64,000 nucleotides of DNA from an uncultured Myxococcales bacterium (GTDB lineage: Bacteria > Myxococcota_A > UBA9042). Every line of letters starts with the position of its first letter. Position 1 is the stretch's first letter. Where the stretch lies: contig CALENB010000330.1 in NCBI GenBank assembly GCA_937910235.1, positions 2,030-66,029 on the forward strand, written 5' to 3'. Of this stretch, positions 28,951 through 38,385 are shown piece after piece. The notes beneath the pieces were generated by a model. The model was not told where the DNA came from and made no database searches. It saw only the letters and a list, made by a program, of their open reading frames with translations. The position numbers and the translations under genes were made by a program.

Positions 28951-30510
28951 CTACAGAAAGCCGACGAGTGAGCCGTTGAGCGAGTGTCGGTTCACCTCGT
29001 CGACCCTGACGCGAGCCACCCGGCCTGGCCAGTCGCGCAGGGCGTAGAAGTCGGTCGTCTCGACGTTGACCTTGACGTTGTGCGGCGTCCGCCCCATGAG
29101 CTGCGGCGGTCCGCCAATGGGCCGCGCGGCCAGCGACTTGGTGTTCGGACCGCGCGCGTACTGGGTCGAGGGCCCCTCGAACAGCACCTCCAGCTCCTGC
29201 CCCGCAAACGACGCCAACCAGTCCGCGGTGATCTCGTTTTGCAGCGCTTGGAGGGCGTACAGCCGCTCTTTTTTCTCGCCCAGTGGCACGTCGTCGGGGA
29301 TGCGCGCGGCCGCCGTTCCCGGCCTAGGGGAGTACATGAACGCGAAGATCGTGCTGAATCGGATGCGTCGCAGCAACGCCAGCGTCAGCTCGAAATCCGC
29401 CGCCGTCTCGCCTGGGAACCCCACGATGATGTCGGTGCTCATCGCGATGTCTGGACGCGCCGCCGTGAGGCGCTCAATGCGCGTCACGTAGTCTTCGATG
29501 ATCGTCCGCCGGCGCATCATCCGCAGCACCCGCTCACTGCCAGACTGGATGGGGAGGTGAAACCACGGCATCAGCTTCGGCTCGGTCGCGAACGCGTCGA
29601 TCAACGCGTCACTGCAATCCATCGGGTGGCTCGTCGTGAAACGAATGCGCTCCAAGCCCGTAATCCCGGCGACTTTGCTGATCAGGCCGGCAAAATCGAC
29701 CTCGTCGTCCTGACCCTGCCGACCGCGCTTGTCGAGCCCGTAGCTGTTCACGTTCTGACCGAGCAGCGTCACCTCACGCACGCCCGCGTCGACCATGCCC
29801 TGCACCTCTTCGACGATGTGATCGCTCGGCTTGCTCACCTCACGGCCGCGCGTCGTCGGCACGATGCAGAACGAGCAGAACTTGTTGCAGCCCTTCATCA
29901 CGGTGATGAACGACGTCACGCGGCCGTCCGTCGGCGCTTCGGACCGTGTGAAGGCGTAGTCGCGACGGTGGATGAACGCCGTCGCGCTGCTGCGGGTCTG
30001 CTCCTCGCGCGCCTGCCGCACCAGCGCCGGCAGCTGGGCGATCTGATCGGGCCCCAGCACGATGTCTAGATGCGGCACCTTCTTCAGCAGCTGCTCGCCC
30101 TCTTGTTGGGCCACGCAGCCAGAGACCGCCAGCACCAAGTCCGGGTTGTGCTCTTTGAGCGGACGCAGCTTACCGAGCAGCGAGATCATCTTGTGTTCGC
30201 TCTTCTCTCGCACGCTGCAGGTGTTGATCACGATGAGATCGGCCACCGCACGATCATCGGTCGGCAGATATTGGTGGGCCGCGAGGGCCTCGCCCATGCG
30301 CTCCGTGTCGTACACGTTCATCTGGCAGCCGAGGGTCTCCATGTAGACGTATCGCTGCCGATCGGAGGCCGGCGCGACCGCGTCGTCCACGTCTTGCCCG
30401 GTGATCGCCTGCCCCGTCATCGCCTGCCCCGTCATCGCCTGCCCCGTCATCGCCTGCCCCGTCATCGCCCGCCCCGTCATCGCCCGCCCCGTCAGTGGCC
30501 GGTCAGTCAT
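28951..30510 (-). CDS. miaB: tRNA-2-methylthio-N6-dimethylallyladenosine synthase MiaB with N-terminal (A-M-T-G-Q)n repeat extension
   Basis: TRAM/MTTase core (YMETLGCQMNVYDTE; radical-SAM CNKFCSFCIVP). ATG at 30510 overlaps stop of upstream lipoprotein gene (ATGA). Confidence 0.85.
   Translation of the reverse strand: MTDRPLTGRAMTGRAMTGQAMTGQAMTGQAMTGQAITGQDVDDAVAPASDRQRYVYMETLGCQMNVYDTERMGEALAAHQYLPTDDRAVADLIVINTCSVREKSEHKMISLLGKLRPLKEHNPDLVLAVSGCVAQQEGEQLLKKVPHLDIVLGPDQIAQLPALVRQAREEQTRSSATAFIHRRDYAFTRSEAPTDGRVTSFITVMKGCNKFCSFCIVPTTRGREVSKPSDHIVEEVQGMVDAGVREVTLLGQNVNSYGLDKRGRQGQDDEVDFAGLISKVAGITGLERIRFTTSHPMDCSDALIDAFATEPKLMPWFHLPIQSGSERVLRMMRRRTIIEDYVTRIERLTAARPDIAMSTDIIVGFPGETAADFELTLALLRRIRFSTIFAFMYSPRPGTAAARIPDDVPLGEKKERLYALQALQNEITADWLASFAGQELEVLFEGPSTQYARGPNTKSLAARPIGGPPQLMGRTPHNVKVNVETTDFYALRDWPGRVARVRVDEVNRHSLNGSLVGFL
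30395..30484. repeat. 15-bp in-frame tandem repeat x6 (cgcc[t/c]gccccgtcat) inside miaB 5' end
   Basis: Directly visible. Encodes repeated MTGQA/MTGRA with an ATG in every unit. Confidence 0.9.
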
Positions 30511-31073
30511 GGCGCCACCAACGACGGATTGTGAATCCGCCAGCCGATCCCTTCGAACCGCAGCTCGATTTTTCGGACCTTGCCGGCCTTGTCCACCAAC
30601 TCCACCGGCCACAACAGCGTGCTGCCGTCGTGCGGTTTGTTCGCCGGCCACGGACGCTCTCCGACACGAATCGTCTTCAGATTGTTGAGCGTGAACGTGC
30701 CGACCGGGTCCGTCACGAACAGACCTCGCGCGGTCTTGGCGACGTGGTCTCCGGGTGGGCGCAACAGGTCGACACCGCGCAGTCCCACCGCGCGCGCACG
30801 CGCTTCGAGCGCCATACGTGTCGCGCGACTCAGCCCCTCGTTGGCCTCTTCCGCGGCTCCCCGACGCACCGCCGAGATGAACCGCGTCACCGCATCGGCG
30901 ACTGGCGGCGCCGCCGGTCGCGCCTTGGTGTAGGCCTCCGCGCCCTTGGGTTCGCCGTGAAGCCGCTCCACCGGCGGCGCGCTACACGCGACCGCTCCCG
31001 TAAGCAGCAAGGCGACGACAGGGCCGCTGACTCCGTGGCTGGTGTGCCCGGCAATAAACTGAAAGCGTCGCAT
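30507..31073 (-). CDS. lipoprotein, function unknown
   Basis: ATG at 31073 gives MRRFQFIAGHTSHGVSGPVVALLLTGAVAC (lipobox AVAC). Stop overlaps miaB start. Confidence 0.5.
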   Translation of the reverse strand: MRRFQFIAGHTSHGVSGPVVALLLTGAVACSAPPVERLHGEPKGAEAYTKARPAAPPVADAVTRFISAVRRGAAEEANEGLSRATRMALEARARAVGLRGVDLLRPPGDHVAKTARGLFVTDPVGTFTLNNLKTIRVGERPWPANKPHDGSTLLWPVELVDKAGKVRKIELRFEGIGWRIHNPSLVAP

Positions 31074-31306
31074 CTCACCTCGTGTCGCCCGTCGCCCATC
31101 TCGCTGTTCGGCCGCCTGGCCACATTGTGACCCCACGATCTGATCGCGCGGGTCCGGTCGCCCCGTCCTATCCCATGGCGCCAACCGTGGCCGCGCCGAA
31201 CGCAGTAGTGCAAACCGCCTCGGAAAGCAAAACAGACCGCCTAACCACAGCTGATTGGAGAGAAACTGCACGGGGGACTACGCAAAAACGCGATATCAGG
31301 GAGCGG

Positions 31307-33205
31307 CTACAGGTCGATGCGGGTCGCGTTGAAGTCACCCTTGAACGGCTTGCCGGGCGTTCCCGAGACGATGGTGCCAGTCCAGATCCCGTCGATGATG
31401 CGATCCACCCGCAGGTCGCCGATCCAATCCTGCCCTGGCCCCATGATCGGCTTGTCGTCTTCGAGCGTCGCCGTGCCCTGCAGCATCAGGTTCGAGTCGA
31501 TCTTCAACCCGCTGAGCAGCTGCTCGACCGGCAGCACGAGCAGCGACACCGCGCTGTCGCAGACCCCCTTCACCGTCGACTCCTTCAGGCCGAGCTTGCC
31601 CAGGATCGAGCTGCCAATGCCCTTTGCGATGCCGGCGCAGTTCACCAGTTTGCTCATCGCGCCCGAGAAGCTGGTCTCACCGGTGATCTTTTTCAGCACC
31701 ACGTGGGTCAACACGTACATGATCAGCTTGCCGTAGTTCAGCTTGATCGTGCTCGCGTCGATCGTCAGCTTCGTCTGCCCGCTGATCGTGCCGGTGAGCG
31801 TGCCGGCCAGCACATCGAGCGGGAAGTTCGGGTCGTTGATGTTTTGCTGCATGTCGAACGTCGCGCACGTGGCGTAGTCCTTCTTGGTCTCGTCGCAGCC
31901 AACCTTGCCGCAGGTCTCATAGCCGGGCGTGCCCTTCTTGCAGCCCAGCTTCCAGTAGATGTTCACGCCGGTGAAGTTCATGTCGCCCTTGATGAAGAAA
32001 TCGTTGGAGACCTTGAAGATCTTCAATATCCCAAGCATCTCCAGCTTCTTCACGATCTGCAGCACGTCCTGACCGATGCCAAAGAAGTCCTGCAACCACT
32101 TCGGCGAGCTGTTGAGCAGCCAGTCGGTCACCACCTTCGCCAGCTGCTTCTCGAACAGGGAGAACGCGACATCGACGATGATCGACGGCAGGAACTGTTT
32201 GATGAGGTTCTTGACCTGACTGATGATGAACGCGCCGGGATCGTAGAAGATCTGCACCGCGGTATCGAGGATCTGTCCCAGCTGGCCGGGGATCGCGCCG
32301 GTGAAATCGAAGTGGTTCACCATGTCGTACGGGCCAGCGGCTTGCAGCGCTAGCGTGTTGACCGAGACCGTGACGTTCGTGGTCTGCTTGTCGAGGACCA
32401 GCACGCCATCGGCACATCCGGCCGCCGCGAGGTGATTCTTGGCGTCCTTGGCGATGAGGTAGATGCCGTACTTCTTGTTGGCTGGCAGGTCGTCAAACGT
32501 TGGTTTGTCGGCCAAAAAGCTGCTCTTGCTGCCGATGAACCCAGCAGGCGGGTAGATCGCTTTGAACGACGCGCAGGTGAAGGGCATCGGCATGAGCCGC
32601 ACCGTCACTTGGCCGATCTGCAGCTGGTTGTCGTAGTTCATCGTCACCTGGATGCTGCCTTTCGGCAGGTTGGTGACGGTGATGTCGAACAGCACGGACT
32701 CGGCGCCCTCGCAGCTGATCTTGACCTTGTAGGTCTGCACTGGCCCCTTGTTGGCGCGGAACACGCTGCCGGTGAGCCCCTTGTTGTCGGTGCCGGTCAT
32801 CATCGAGTCGAACGTGCCTGGGCCGTTGTTCGGGTTCTCGACGATCTCGTAGAAGACGGCGACGCCGGACGCTGGCGCGCCGAGGCTGTAGTCGATGACC
32901 TTGACGTTAACGGGGAGCAAGCCGGTCGGTGCCAGGACCTGAGGCTGCTGCGTGTTGAGCAGCACGATGATCTCGCGCTTGGTCTCGACGTCCTGTGCGT
33001 CGCCCGCGTCGGCGTCGGCCCCAGCGGCGTTGCCGTCGACGCCGCCGCCCACTGTGATCCCGTCTTGGCCGATGAAGCCGACGTTGATGTCATCGGTCGC
33101 GTCGGCACCGACCACGGTGCCGTTCACGAACTCGGTGCCGCACGAGGCGAGCCCGAAGGTCAGCAGAACAACTGTGGCGACGACTCGGAGCGAAAGTGGG
33201 TACAT
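31307..33205 (-). CDS. large secreted lipoprotein (632 aa), function unknown
   Basis: MYPLSLRVVATVVLLTFGLASCGTEF lipoprotein signal. Balanced composition (N,K,F,I,Y) unlike antisense ORF 31082..32353. Confidence 0.6.
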   Translation of the reverse strand: MYPLSLRVVATVVLLTFGLASCGTEFVNGTVVGADATDDINVGFIGQDGITVGGGVDGNAAGADADAGDAQDVETKREIIVLLNTQQPQVLAPTGLLPVNVKVIDYSLGAPASGVAVFYEIVENPNNGPGTFDSMMTGTDNKGLTGSVFRANKGPVQTYKVKISCEGAESVLFDITVTNLPKGSIQVTMNYDNQLQIGQVTVRLMPMPFTCASFKAIYPPAGFIGSKSSFLADKPTFDDLPANKKYGIYLIAKDAKNHLAAAGCADGVLVLDKQTTNVTVSVNTLALQAAGPYDMVNHFDFTGAIPGQLGQILDTAVQIFYDPGAFIISQVKNLIKQFLPSIIVDVAFSLFEKQLAKVVTDWLLNSSPKWLQDFFGIGQDVLQIVKKLEMLGILKIFKVSNDFFIKGDMNFTGVNIYWKLGCKKGTPGYETCGKVGCDETKKDYATCATFDMQQNINDPNFPLDVLAGTLTGTISGQTKLTIDASTIKLNYGKLIMYVLTHVVLKKITGETSFSGAMSKLVNCAGIAKGIGSSILGKLGLKESTVKGVCDSAVSLLVLPVEQLLSGLKIDSNLMLQGTATLEDDKPIMGPGQDWIGDLRVDRIIDGIWTGTIVSGTPGKPFKGDFNATRIDL

Positions 33206-33355
33206 GGCAACCTCGTGCGCCGAATGCTAGCTGATCCTACTGTGGATCAACAGAGAAACGGCGGAGGGCCTAATTTGACGTCCATTGAGGCGCGCAAAAG
33301 TTGCCGGCCCGATCGCGACGCCGTACCCTCGCGCCTAAGCTTTATCGGAGGAAAC

Positions 33356-33742
33356 ATGGCCGCCAATGCAACCAGTCATCAGGATCTCATCACAGCGTTT
33401 GAGAGGCGCTGGGACTACGCCAGCGCGCGCGTGATGCTCGCTGAGGTGCTCGCCACCGCGGGCGTCGACAAACACGCCTCCTATGACGGCGATGCCGTCA
33501 AGGCCATCTGCAAGGCGATCGCCGATGTGCCTGGCGACAGCCAAGCCGTGATCGCGCAGCTGACGGCGGCCGAGGCGCCGGCGCCCGCAGCGCCTGCCGA
33601 GAAGGCAGCCGCGCCCGCCGAGAAGCCCGCGGCACCAGCAGCGAAAGTCGCCGCGCCCGCCGAGGAGGCCGCAGCGCCGGCCGAGACGGCGGGTGATGCG
33701 AAGAAAGCGCCAGCACCGAAGCCGGCCGGCAAGAAGGGCTGA
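33356..33742 (+). CDS. small protein with Ala/Pro/Lys-rich repetitive C-terminal tail
   Basis: Strong SD (atcggaggaaac ATG). Tail AAPAEKAAAPAEKPAAPAAKVAAPAEE...KKAPAPKPAGKKG. Dedicated terminator downstream. Confidence 0.55.
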   Translation: MAANATSHQDLITAFERRWDYASARVMLAEVLATAGVDKHASYDGDAVKAICKAIADVPGDSQAVIAQLTAAEAPAPAAPAEKAAAPAEKPAAPAAKVAAPAEEAAAPAETAGDAKKAPAPKPAGKKG

Positions 33743-33850
33743 ACCGGTTCGTACGGGAGCGTCTGTTCAGCCAGACTGCGTGTCGAGGCACCGCAATGGC
33801 TGACTTCTGCCCCGCACGGCGCCGCAGCTGACGCCAGCGTCTGAGCGTAT

Positions 33851-33890
33851 GCCCGCCGGAGACGGCGGGCGTACGTTTTTTTCGTTTGTT
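33851..33890 (+). terminator. Rho-independent terminator
   Basis: gcccgccg-gaga-cggcgggc hairpin followed by gtacgtttttttcgtttgtttgg. Confidence 0.7.
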
Positions 33891-33991
33891 TGGGTGCGAA
33901 CGCTCTGGTAGGAACACGCCGCCGCGCATGAAGCCCCACGCGCGAGCACGTCGGATCACCCCTTCGGTGACTCCAGCCCACGGAGGCTACG

Positions 33992-34951
33992 TTGAGCTTA
34001 CGATTGCCCGTGCTCCAGCGCACGACCGTCACCCCCGCCGCACCCGGGACTCCGAGCCCGAGCGACGCGCCTGCGACGGGGCTGGGATTCCTGCCCGCGC
34101 TCCTGCCCAGTGGCGTCGCGCCGGCCGCCGCCAAGCGGCTGCAGATCCCAGACGACCCGGTCAAGCTCGAGAAGCGCATCGCCTACCTCGTGACCAAGGC
34201 GACCCACGAGTACGACATGCTCGCTGAGGGCGACAAGGTCATGGTCTGTATGTCCGGCGGCAAAGACAGCTACGCCATGCTGCATTTTCTGCAACGGGCC
34301 CAGCGTCGCGCGCCGTTCAACTTTGAGATCGTGGCGGTGCACCTCAATCAGGGGCACCCGGGCTTTCCGCTCGAGACGCTCGAGGGGTATCTGAAGACGT
34401 GCGGCTCGCCGTACCACATCATCCACGAAAACACGTACGATATCGTCTTGGACAAGCTTGAGCCCGGCAAGACGACGTGCTCGCTCTGTTCACGTCTGCG
34501 GCGCGGGATCCTCTACAACGCGGCCCAGCAGCTGGGATGCACGAAGGTGGCGCTGGGCCATCATCGCGACGACATCATCGCGACGTTCATGCTGAACTTC
34601 TTCTTCTGCGGCCAGCTCAAAGCGATGCCGCCGAAGCTGATGAGTGACGACGGCAAGAACGTCGTCATTCGGCCACTGGCGTTTGTGCCGGAGCAGATGA
34701 TCATCGAGCTGGCGCGCCAGCAGGCGTGGCCGCTCATCCCCTGCAACCTCTGCAGTCGGCAAGAAGATCTGAAGCGCTCGCAGATGGAAGAGCTGATGAA
34801 GCAGCTCGATTTGGTGTACCCGGGCGCGCTTCCGAGCGCGCTGAACGCGCTGAAACATGCTCACCCACGTTTCCTCTTGGACACGGACCTGTATGATTTC
34901 AACACGCCAGCGACGGACACCAACGACGCCGAGCTCGACGCGTTCTCCTAG
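33992..34951 (+). CDS. ttcA: tRNA 2-thiocytidine(32) synthetase TtcA
   Basis: PP-loop MVCMSGGKDSYAML. TTCSLCSRLRRGILY, ALGHHRDDI and MPPKLMSDDGKNVVIRPLA are near-identical to the canonical TtcA blocks. Confidence 0.85.
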   Translation: MSLRLPVLQRTTVTPAAPGTPSPSDAPATGLGFLPALLPSGVAPAAAKRLQIPDDPVKLEKRIAYLVTKATHEYDMLAEGDKVMVCMSGGKDSYAMLHFLQRAQRRAPFNFEIVAVHLNQGHPGFPLETLEGYLKTCGSPYHIIHENTYDIVLDKLEPGKTTCSLCSRLRRGILYNAAQQLGCTKVALGHHRDDIIATFMLNFFFCGQLKAMPPKLMSDDGKNVVIRPLAFVPEQMIIELARQQAWPLIPCNLCSRQEDLKRSQMEELMKQLDLVYPGALPSALNALKHAHPRFLLDTDLYDFNTPATDTNDAELDAFS

Positions 34952-35014
34952 GCCCTGCCGCGCCGCACCGCAGGTACGCGAACGCTTCTCCACCCTCCAG
35001 CCAGGACGGGCCAC

Positions 35015-36841
35015 GTGAGCCATGACGCATCCCGCACGAACGCAGGCACGCCTTCGCCGCCGCTGACCCTCGACGCCCTGCTCGACCTGCTGGTGCAAGC
35101 CGGCCTGCTGGATCACCGCGCGAAAGTCGACGCCCAGATGAAGGGCACCAACCAGCGTAAACGGCTCGAGCGCGAGCGGGAACGCAACGGTGCGGGTGAT
35201 GTACCGGTGACTTGGGCGGAGGTCATCGCCAGTTTTCGGCTGCCGGCGCCGGGCAAGGGGCAAGTCTCCGAGGCGCGCATTCAGCAGGCCGTGGCGGCCG
35301 CGGCGGGCGTCGCTTTTGTCACGATCGACCCGCTGCGCATCGACCCCAAGACCGTCTCCGACACCGTCAGCTTCGCGTATGCGCGCCGCAATCGTGTCCT
35401 GCCGCTCGGCTTTGAAGACGGCCACCTCATGCTCGCCGTGGATGATCCGTTCGCCCACGAAGTCATCGCGACGATGGCCGTACGGGCCGCCTGTCCGATT
35501 CGTGTGGTCGTGGCGCAGGCCGCCGATATTCAGCGTGTGCTCGACGAGGTGTTCCGCTTCCGTGCGTCGATGAAGGGCGCCATCGAGGAGCTGGGCGAGG
35601 CTGGCACCGATTTTGGCAACCTGGAGCAGCTCGTTCACATCTCGGCCGGACCGCAGGGGGTCGACAGCGACGACCGCCACGTCGTGCACGCCGTCGATTT
35701 TCTGCTGCGCTACGCGCTCGATCAGCGCGCTTCTGACCTGCATATCGAGCCTAAACGCGACGTCAGCCACGTTCGACTGCGCATTGACGGTGTGCTGCAC
35801 AAGGTGCAGGAGCTGCCGGGCGTGGTGCACAAGGCGGTCGTCTCGCGCATCAAAACGCTCGCCCGCCTCGACATCTCCGAGAAGCGCAGGCCGCAGGACG
35901 GTCGCATCAAGCTCGCGCACAACGACGACGAGGTGGAGCTGCGTATCTCGACGCTGCCGACCGCGTTCGGTGAGAAGGCGGTGATTCGTTTCTTCGACCC
36001 ACAGGTGCTGTTTCAGAGCCTCGACAACCTCGGCCTGTTCGCGGCGGAGCTCGAGCAGCTGCGGAGCTTCATTCGCAGGCCCAACGGGCTGATCTTGGTG
36101 ACGGGGCCGACCGGCAGCGGCAAGACGACCACCCTCTACTCTGCGCTGCGTGCCGTGGCGTCGCCCATGGTCAACGTCTGCACGATCGAAGATCCGATCG
36201 AGATGGTCGTCGAGCAGTTTAACCAGACCGCCGTCAACCCGCGGCTGGGGCTGACGTTCGAGTCGCTGCTCCGCACGCTCCTGCGCCAAGATCCCGACGT
36301 GATCATGGTAGGCGAGGTCCGCGACGGTGAGACGGCCCGCAACGCCATCCAAGCCGCGCTGACAGGCCACCTGGTGCTGGCCACCGTACACACCAACGAC
36401 GCGCCATCGACGATTGGCCGCATGATCGATCTTGGCGCCGAGCCCTTCATGCTGGCGACGACGCTCATCGGTGTGGTCGCGCAGCGCCTCTTACGCAAGG
36501 TCTGTCTGCACTGCCGCAAGGAGACCGTGCTGACGCCCGAACAGGCCGGCGCGCTGGGCTTGGAGCTGCGCAAAGGCGAGAAGTTTCCCGTCTATGCCGG
36601 TACTGGCTGCCCGCGGTGCCGCGGCATTGGGCTCAAAGGACGTCTCGGCGTGTTTGAGGTGATGCCGGTCGGCGAGAAGCTGCGCAAGGCGATCGTTGAC
36701 GGGGCTGACGCCATGGAGCTCGGCAGGCAAGCACAGCGCGACGGCATGCTGACCCTGCGGCAAGCGTCGATCAAGAAGCTGGCGCTCGGCATAACCTCGT
36801 TCGATGAGGTGTTGCGCGTCACGGTGGAGTCCGGTTTCTGA
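35015..36841 (+). CDS. GspE/PilB-family secretion ATPase (type II secretion / type IV pilus assembly ATPase)
   Basis: Walker A VTGPTGSGKTTTLYSAL, Asp and His boxes, and C-terminal tetracysteine CLHC...CPRC. N-terminal GspE_N-like domain. Confidence 0.85.
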   Translation: MSHDASRTNAGTPSPPLTLDALLDLLVQAGLLDHRAKVDAQMKGTNQRKRLERERERNGAGDVPVTWAEVIASFRLPAPGKGQVSEARIQQAVAAAAGVAFVTIDPLRIDPKTVSDTVSFAYARRNRVLPLGFEDGHLMLAVDDPFAHEVIATMAVRAACPIRVVVAQAADIQRVLDEVFRFRASMKGAIEELGEAGTDFGNLEQLVHISAGPQGVDSDDRHVVHAVDFLLRYALDQRASDLHIEPKRDVSHVRLRIDGVLHKVQELPGVVHKAVVSRIKTLARLDISEKRRPQDGRIKLAHNDDEVELRISTLPTAFGEKAVIRFFDPQVLFQSLDNLGLFAAELEQLRSFIRRPNGLILVTGPTGSGKTTTLYSALRAVASPMVNVCTIEDPIEMVVEQFNQTAVNPRLGLTFESLLRTLLRQDPDVIMVGEVRDGETARNAIQAALTGHLVLATVHTNDAPSTIGRMIDLGAEPFMLATTLIGVVAQRLLRKVCLHCRKETVLTPEQAGALGLELRKGEKFPVYAGTGCPRCRGIGLKGRLGVFEVMPVGEKLRKAIVDGADAMELGRQAQRDGMLTLRQASIKKLALGITSFDEVLRVTVESGF

Positions 36842-36904
36842 GTGGTCCACGCCGACCACAAAATCCCCCAATTCACCCGGCCAAGGTTGCCGCTGGAGGC
36901 CTTC

Positions 36905-37888
36905 ATGGCCGATCCGATCCATGATGCCGACGAAGAAGCACCTGCCGCGCTGAGCGCAGTTGAGCGCTATAAACGCGCCCGAGAAGCCCGTAAAATCGCG
37001 CCGCCACAGCGTCTAGCCGACGAACCCAGCCACGACACAGACACGCTCTGGCGAGGGCTCACACGCGAGGGCGAGATGCGGGTGATGGTGGTGCGGGCGA
37101 CCCAGTCCGTGCGCGAAGCTACCGCCGCGCTGGGTTGCGGCCCCTGGGGCGCCAAGCTGGTCGCCGAGTTGATGACGGGCGCGCAGCTGTTGCGGGCGTG
37201 CCTCAACCCCGATGAGCAGCTGCAGATCAGCGCCGTGAACACCGGCTCAGCCGGCAACTTCGTGGTCGACGCGTACGTGGAGGGGCACATGCGCGCGACG
37301 CTGCGCAACCCAGCCGCGTCCCTCGATGACGGCTTTCTCGTCGGCAACGGCACCGTGCAATTCGCGCGAACCCGGCGCGGCAAGGCGACGTATCGCAGCG
37401 CGATCGCCCTGGAGCACGACGAGATCGATCAGCTCCTCATGCGGTATTTGCTGGAGAGCGAGCAGATTCTGAGCCTGTTGCATCTCGACATCGACGTCAC
37501 CGAGCAGGGCCATGTGCGCCACGCCGTCGGCTTCTTGGTGCAGGCCATGCCGGAGGGCTCGCGTGACGATCTGAGCCGCTTGGTCGCCAACCTGGAGTCG
37601 CTGACGTCGCTCGGCACCCAGATGCACGCAGCCGACCCGGACGCGATGGCCTGGGCCCACGCGCTGATGGACGGGTTTTACTGGGACCAAGTGGCGCGGC
37701 AGTCTGTGAGCTTTCGCTGCCCGTGTTCGCCGGAGCGTGTGCTCGCGCTGCTGTCAACGCTGCCGCAGGCCGATCTGGAGGAGCTCGCAGAAGATGGCGA
37801 GCCCCTCGAGACGACGTGTGATTACTGCAAGACGACCTACTCCGTGCCGCTTGAGCAGCTGTCGGCGCTGATGGCGCGCCCCAGCTAG
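36905..37888 (+). CDS. hslO: redox-regulated chaperone Hsp33
   Basis: C-terminal zinc centre CPCS...CDYC. ATG at 36905 inside the longer track ORF. Confidence 0.8.
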   Translation: MADPIHDADEEAPAALSAVERYKRAREARKIAPPQRLADEPSHDTDTLWRGLTREGEMRVMVVRATQSVREATAALGCGPWGAKLVAELMTGAQLLRACLNPDEQLQISAVNTGSAGNFVVDAYVEGHMRATLRNPAASLDDGFLVGNGTVQFARTRRGKATYRSAIALEHDEIDQLLMRYLLESEQILSLLHLDIDVTEQGHVRHAVGFLVQAMPEGSRDDLSRLVANLESLTSLGTQMHAADPDAMAWAHALMDGFYWDQVARQSVSFRCPCSPERVLALLSTLPQADLEELAEDGEPLETTCDYCKTTYSVPLEQLSALMARPS

Positions 37889-37923
37889 GCCGTCCGACCG
37901 CGCCGTCGCACGTTCTCAGCCTG

Positions 37924-37970
37924 CGTACCGACCCAGTTGTCAGCCTACTTGTCGGCCTAGTTGTCGGCCT
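37924..37970. repeat. ~12-bp imperfect tandem repeat x4 (tagttgtcggcc) in convergent hslO/grxD intergenic region
   Basis: cagttgtcagcc / tacttgtcggcc / tagttgtcggcc / tagttgtcgga seen directly. Last unit overlaps the grxD stop codon. Confidence 0.8.
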
Positions 37971-38307
37971 AGTTGTCGGACGACGCGGCGGCGGCCGTCG
38001 CTTGCTCGAGCAAGGGCGCGAGCTCGCCAGACTGGAACATGTCCATCGTGATGTCGCAGCCGCCAACCAGCTTTCCGTCAACATAGAGCTGCGGGATCGT
38101 TGGCCAGTTTCCGTACGCCTTGATGCCTTCGCGCACGTTGGGATCGGCGAGCACGTTGACGGCCTGAAACGGCTGGCCGGTCTGCTTGAGCGCGTCCACC
38201 ACACGCGCCGAGAAGCCGCACATCGGGAAGCTTGGGGTGCCCTTCATGAAGAGCACGATGGGGTTGCCTTTGACGACGTCGTCAATCTGCTTGTGTACAT
38301 CACTCAT
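37969..38307 (-). CDS. grxD: monothiol glutaredoxin (Grx4/GrxD family)
   Basis: CGFS active site (FPMCGFSARV). WPTIPQLYVDGKLVGGCDI. Confidence 0.85.
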   Translation of the reverse strand: MSDVHKQIDDVVKGNPIVLFMKGTPSFPMCGFSARVVDALKQTGQPFQAVNVLADPNVREGIKAYGNWPTIPQLYVDGKLVGGCDITMDMFQSGELAPLLEQATAAAASSDN

Positions 38308-38385
38308 AATGTCCTCTCTCTCAAGATTCGGCGAGGCAGGTCGCGTCGCCGGTGGGGGCTGGAGCCGTTCGAAACGAGTCGATGG

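Noticed and set aside
30395-30484. CRISPR array
   Set aside because: Units are contiguous 15-bp tandem copies with no spacers, and are in-frame coding sequence of miaB.
31082-32353. 423-aa plus-strand ORF
   Set aside because: Antisense to the 632-aa lipoprotein. R/D/H/Q-rich with no hydrophobic signal.
32432-33355. N-terminal 300 codons of track ORF 32432..33742
   Set aside because: Antisense to the large lipoprotein. The real gene starts at ATG 33356 with a GGAGG SD.
34490-36391. 633-aa minus-strand ORF
   Set aside because: Antisense to ttcA / GspE-like ATPase, whose sense frames carry unambiguous PP-loop and Walker motifs.
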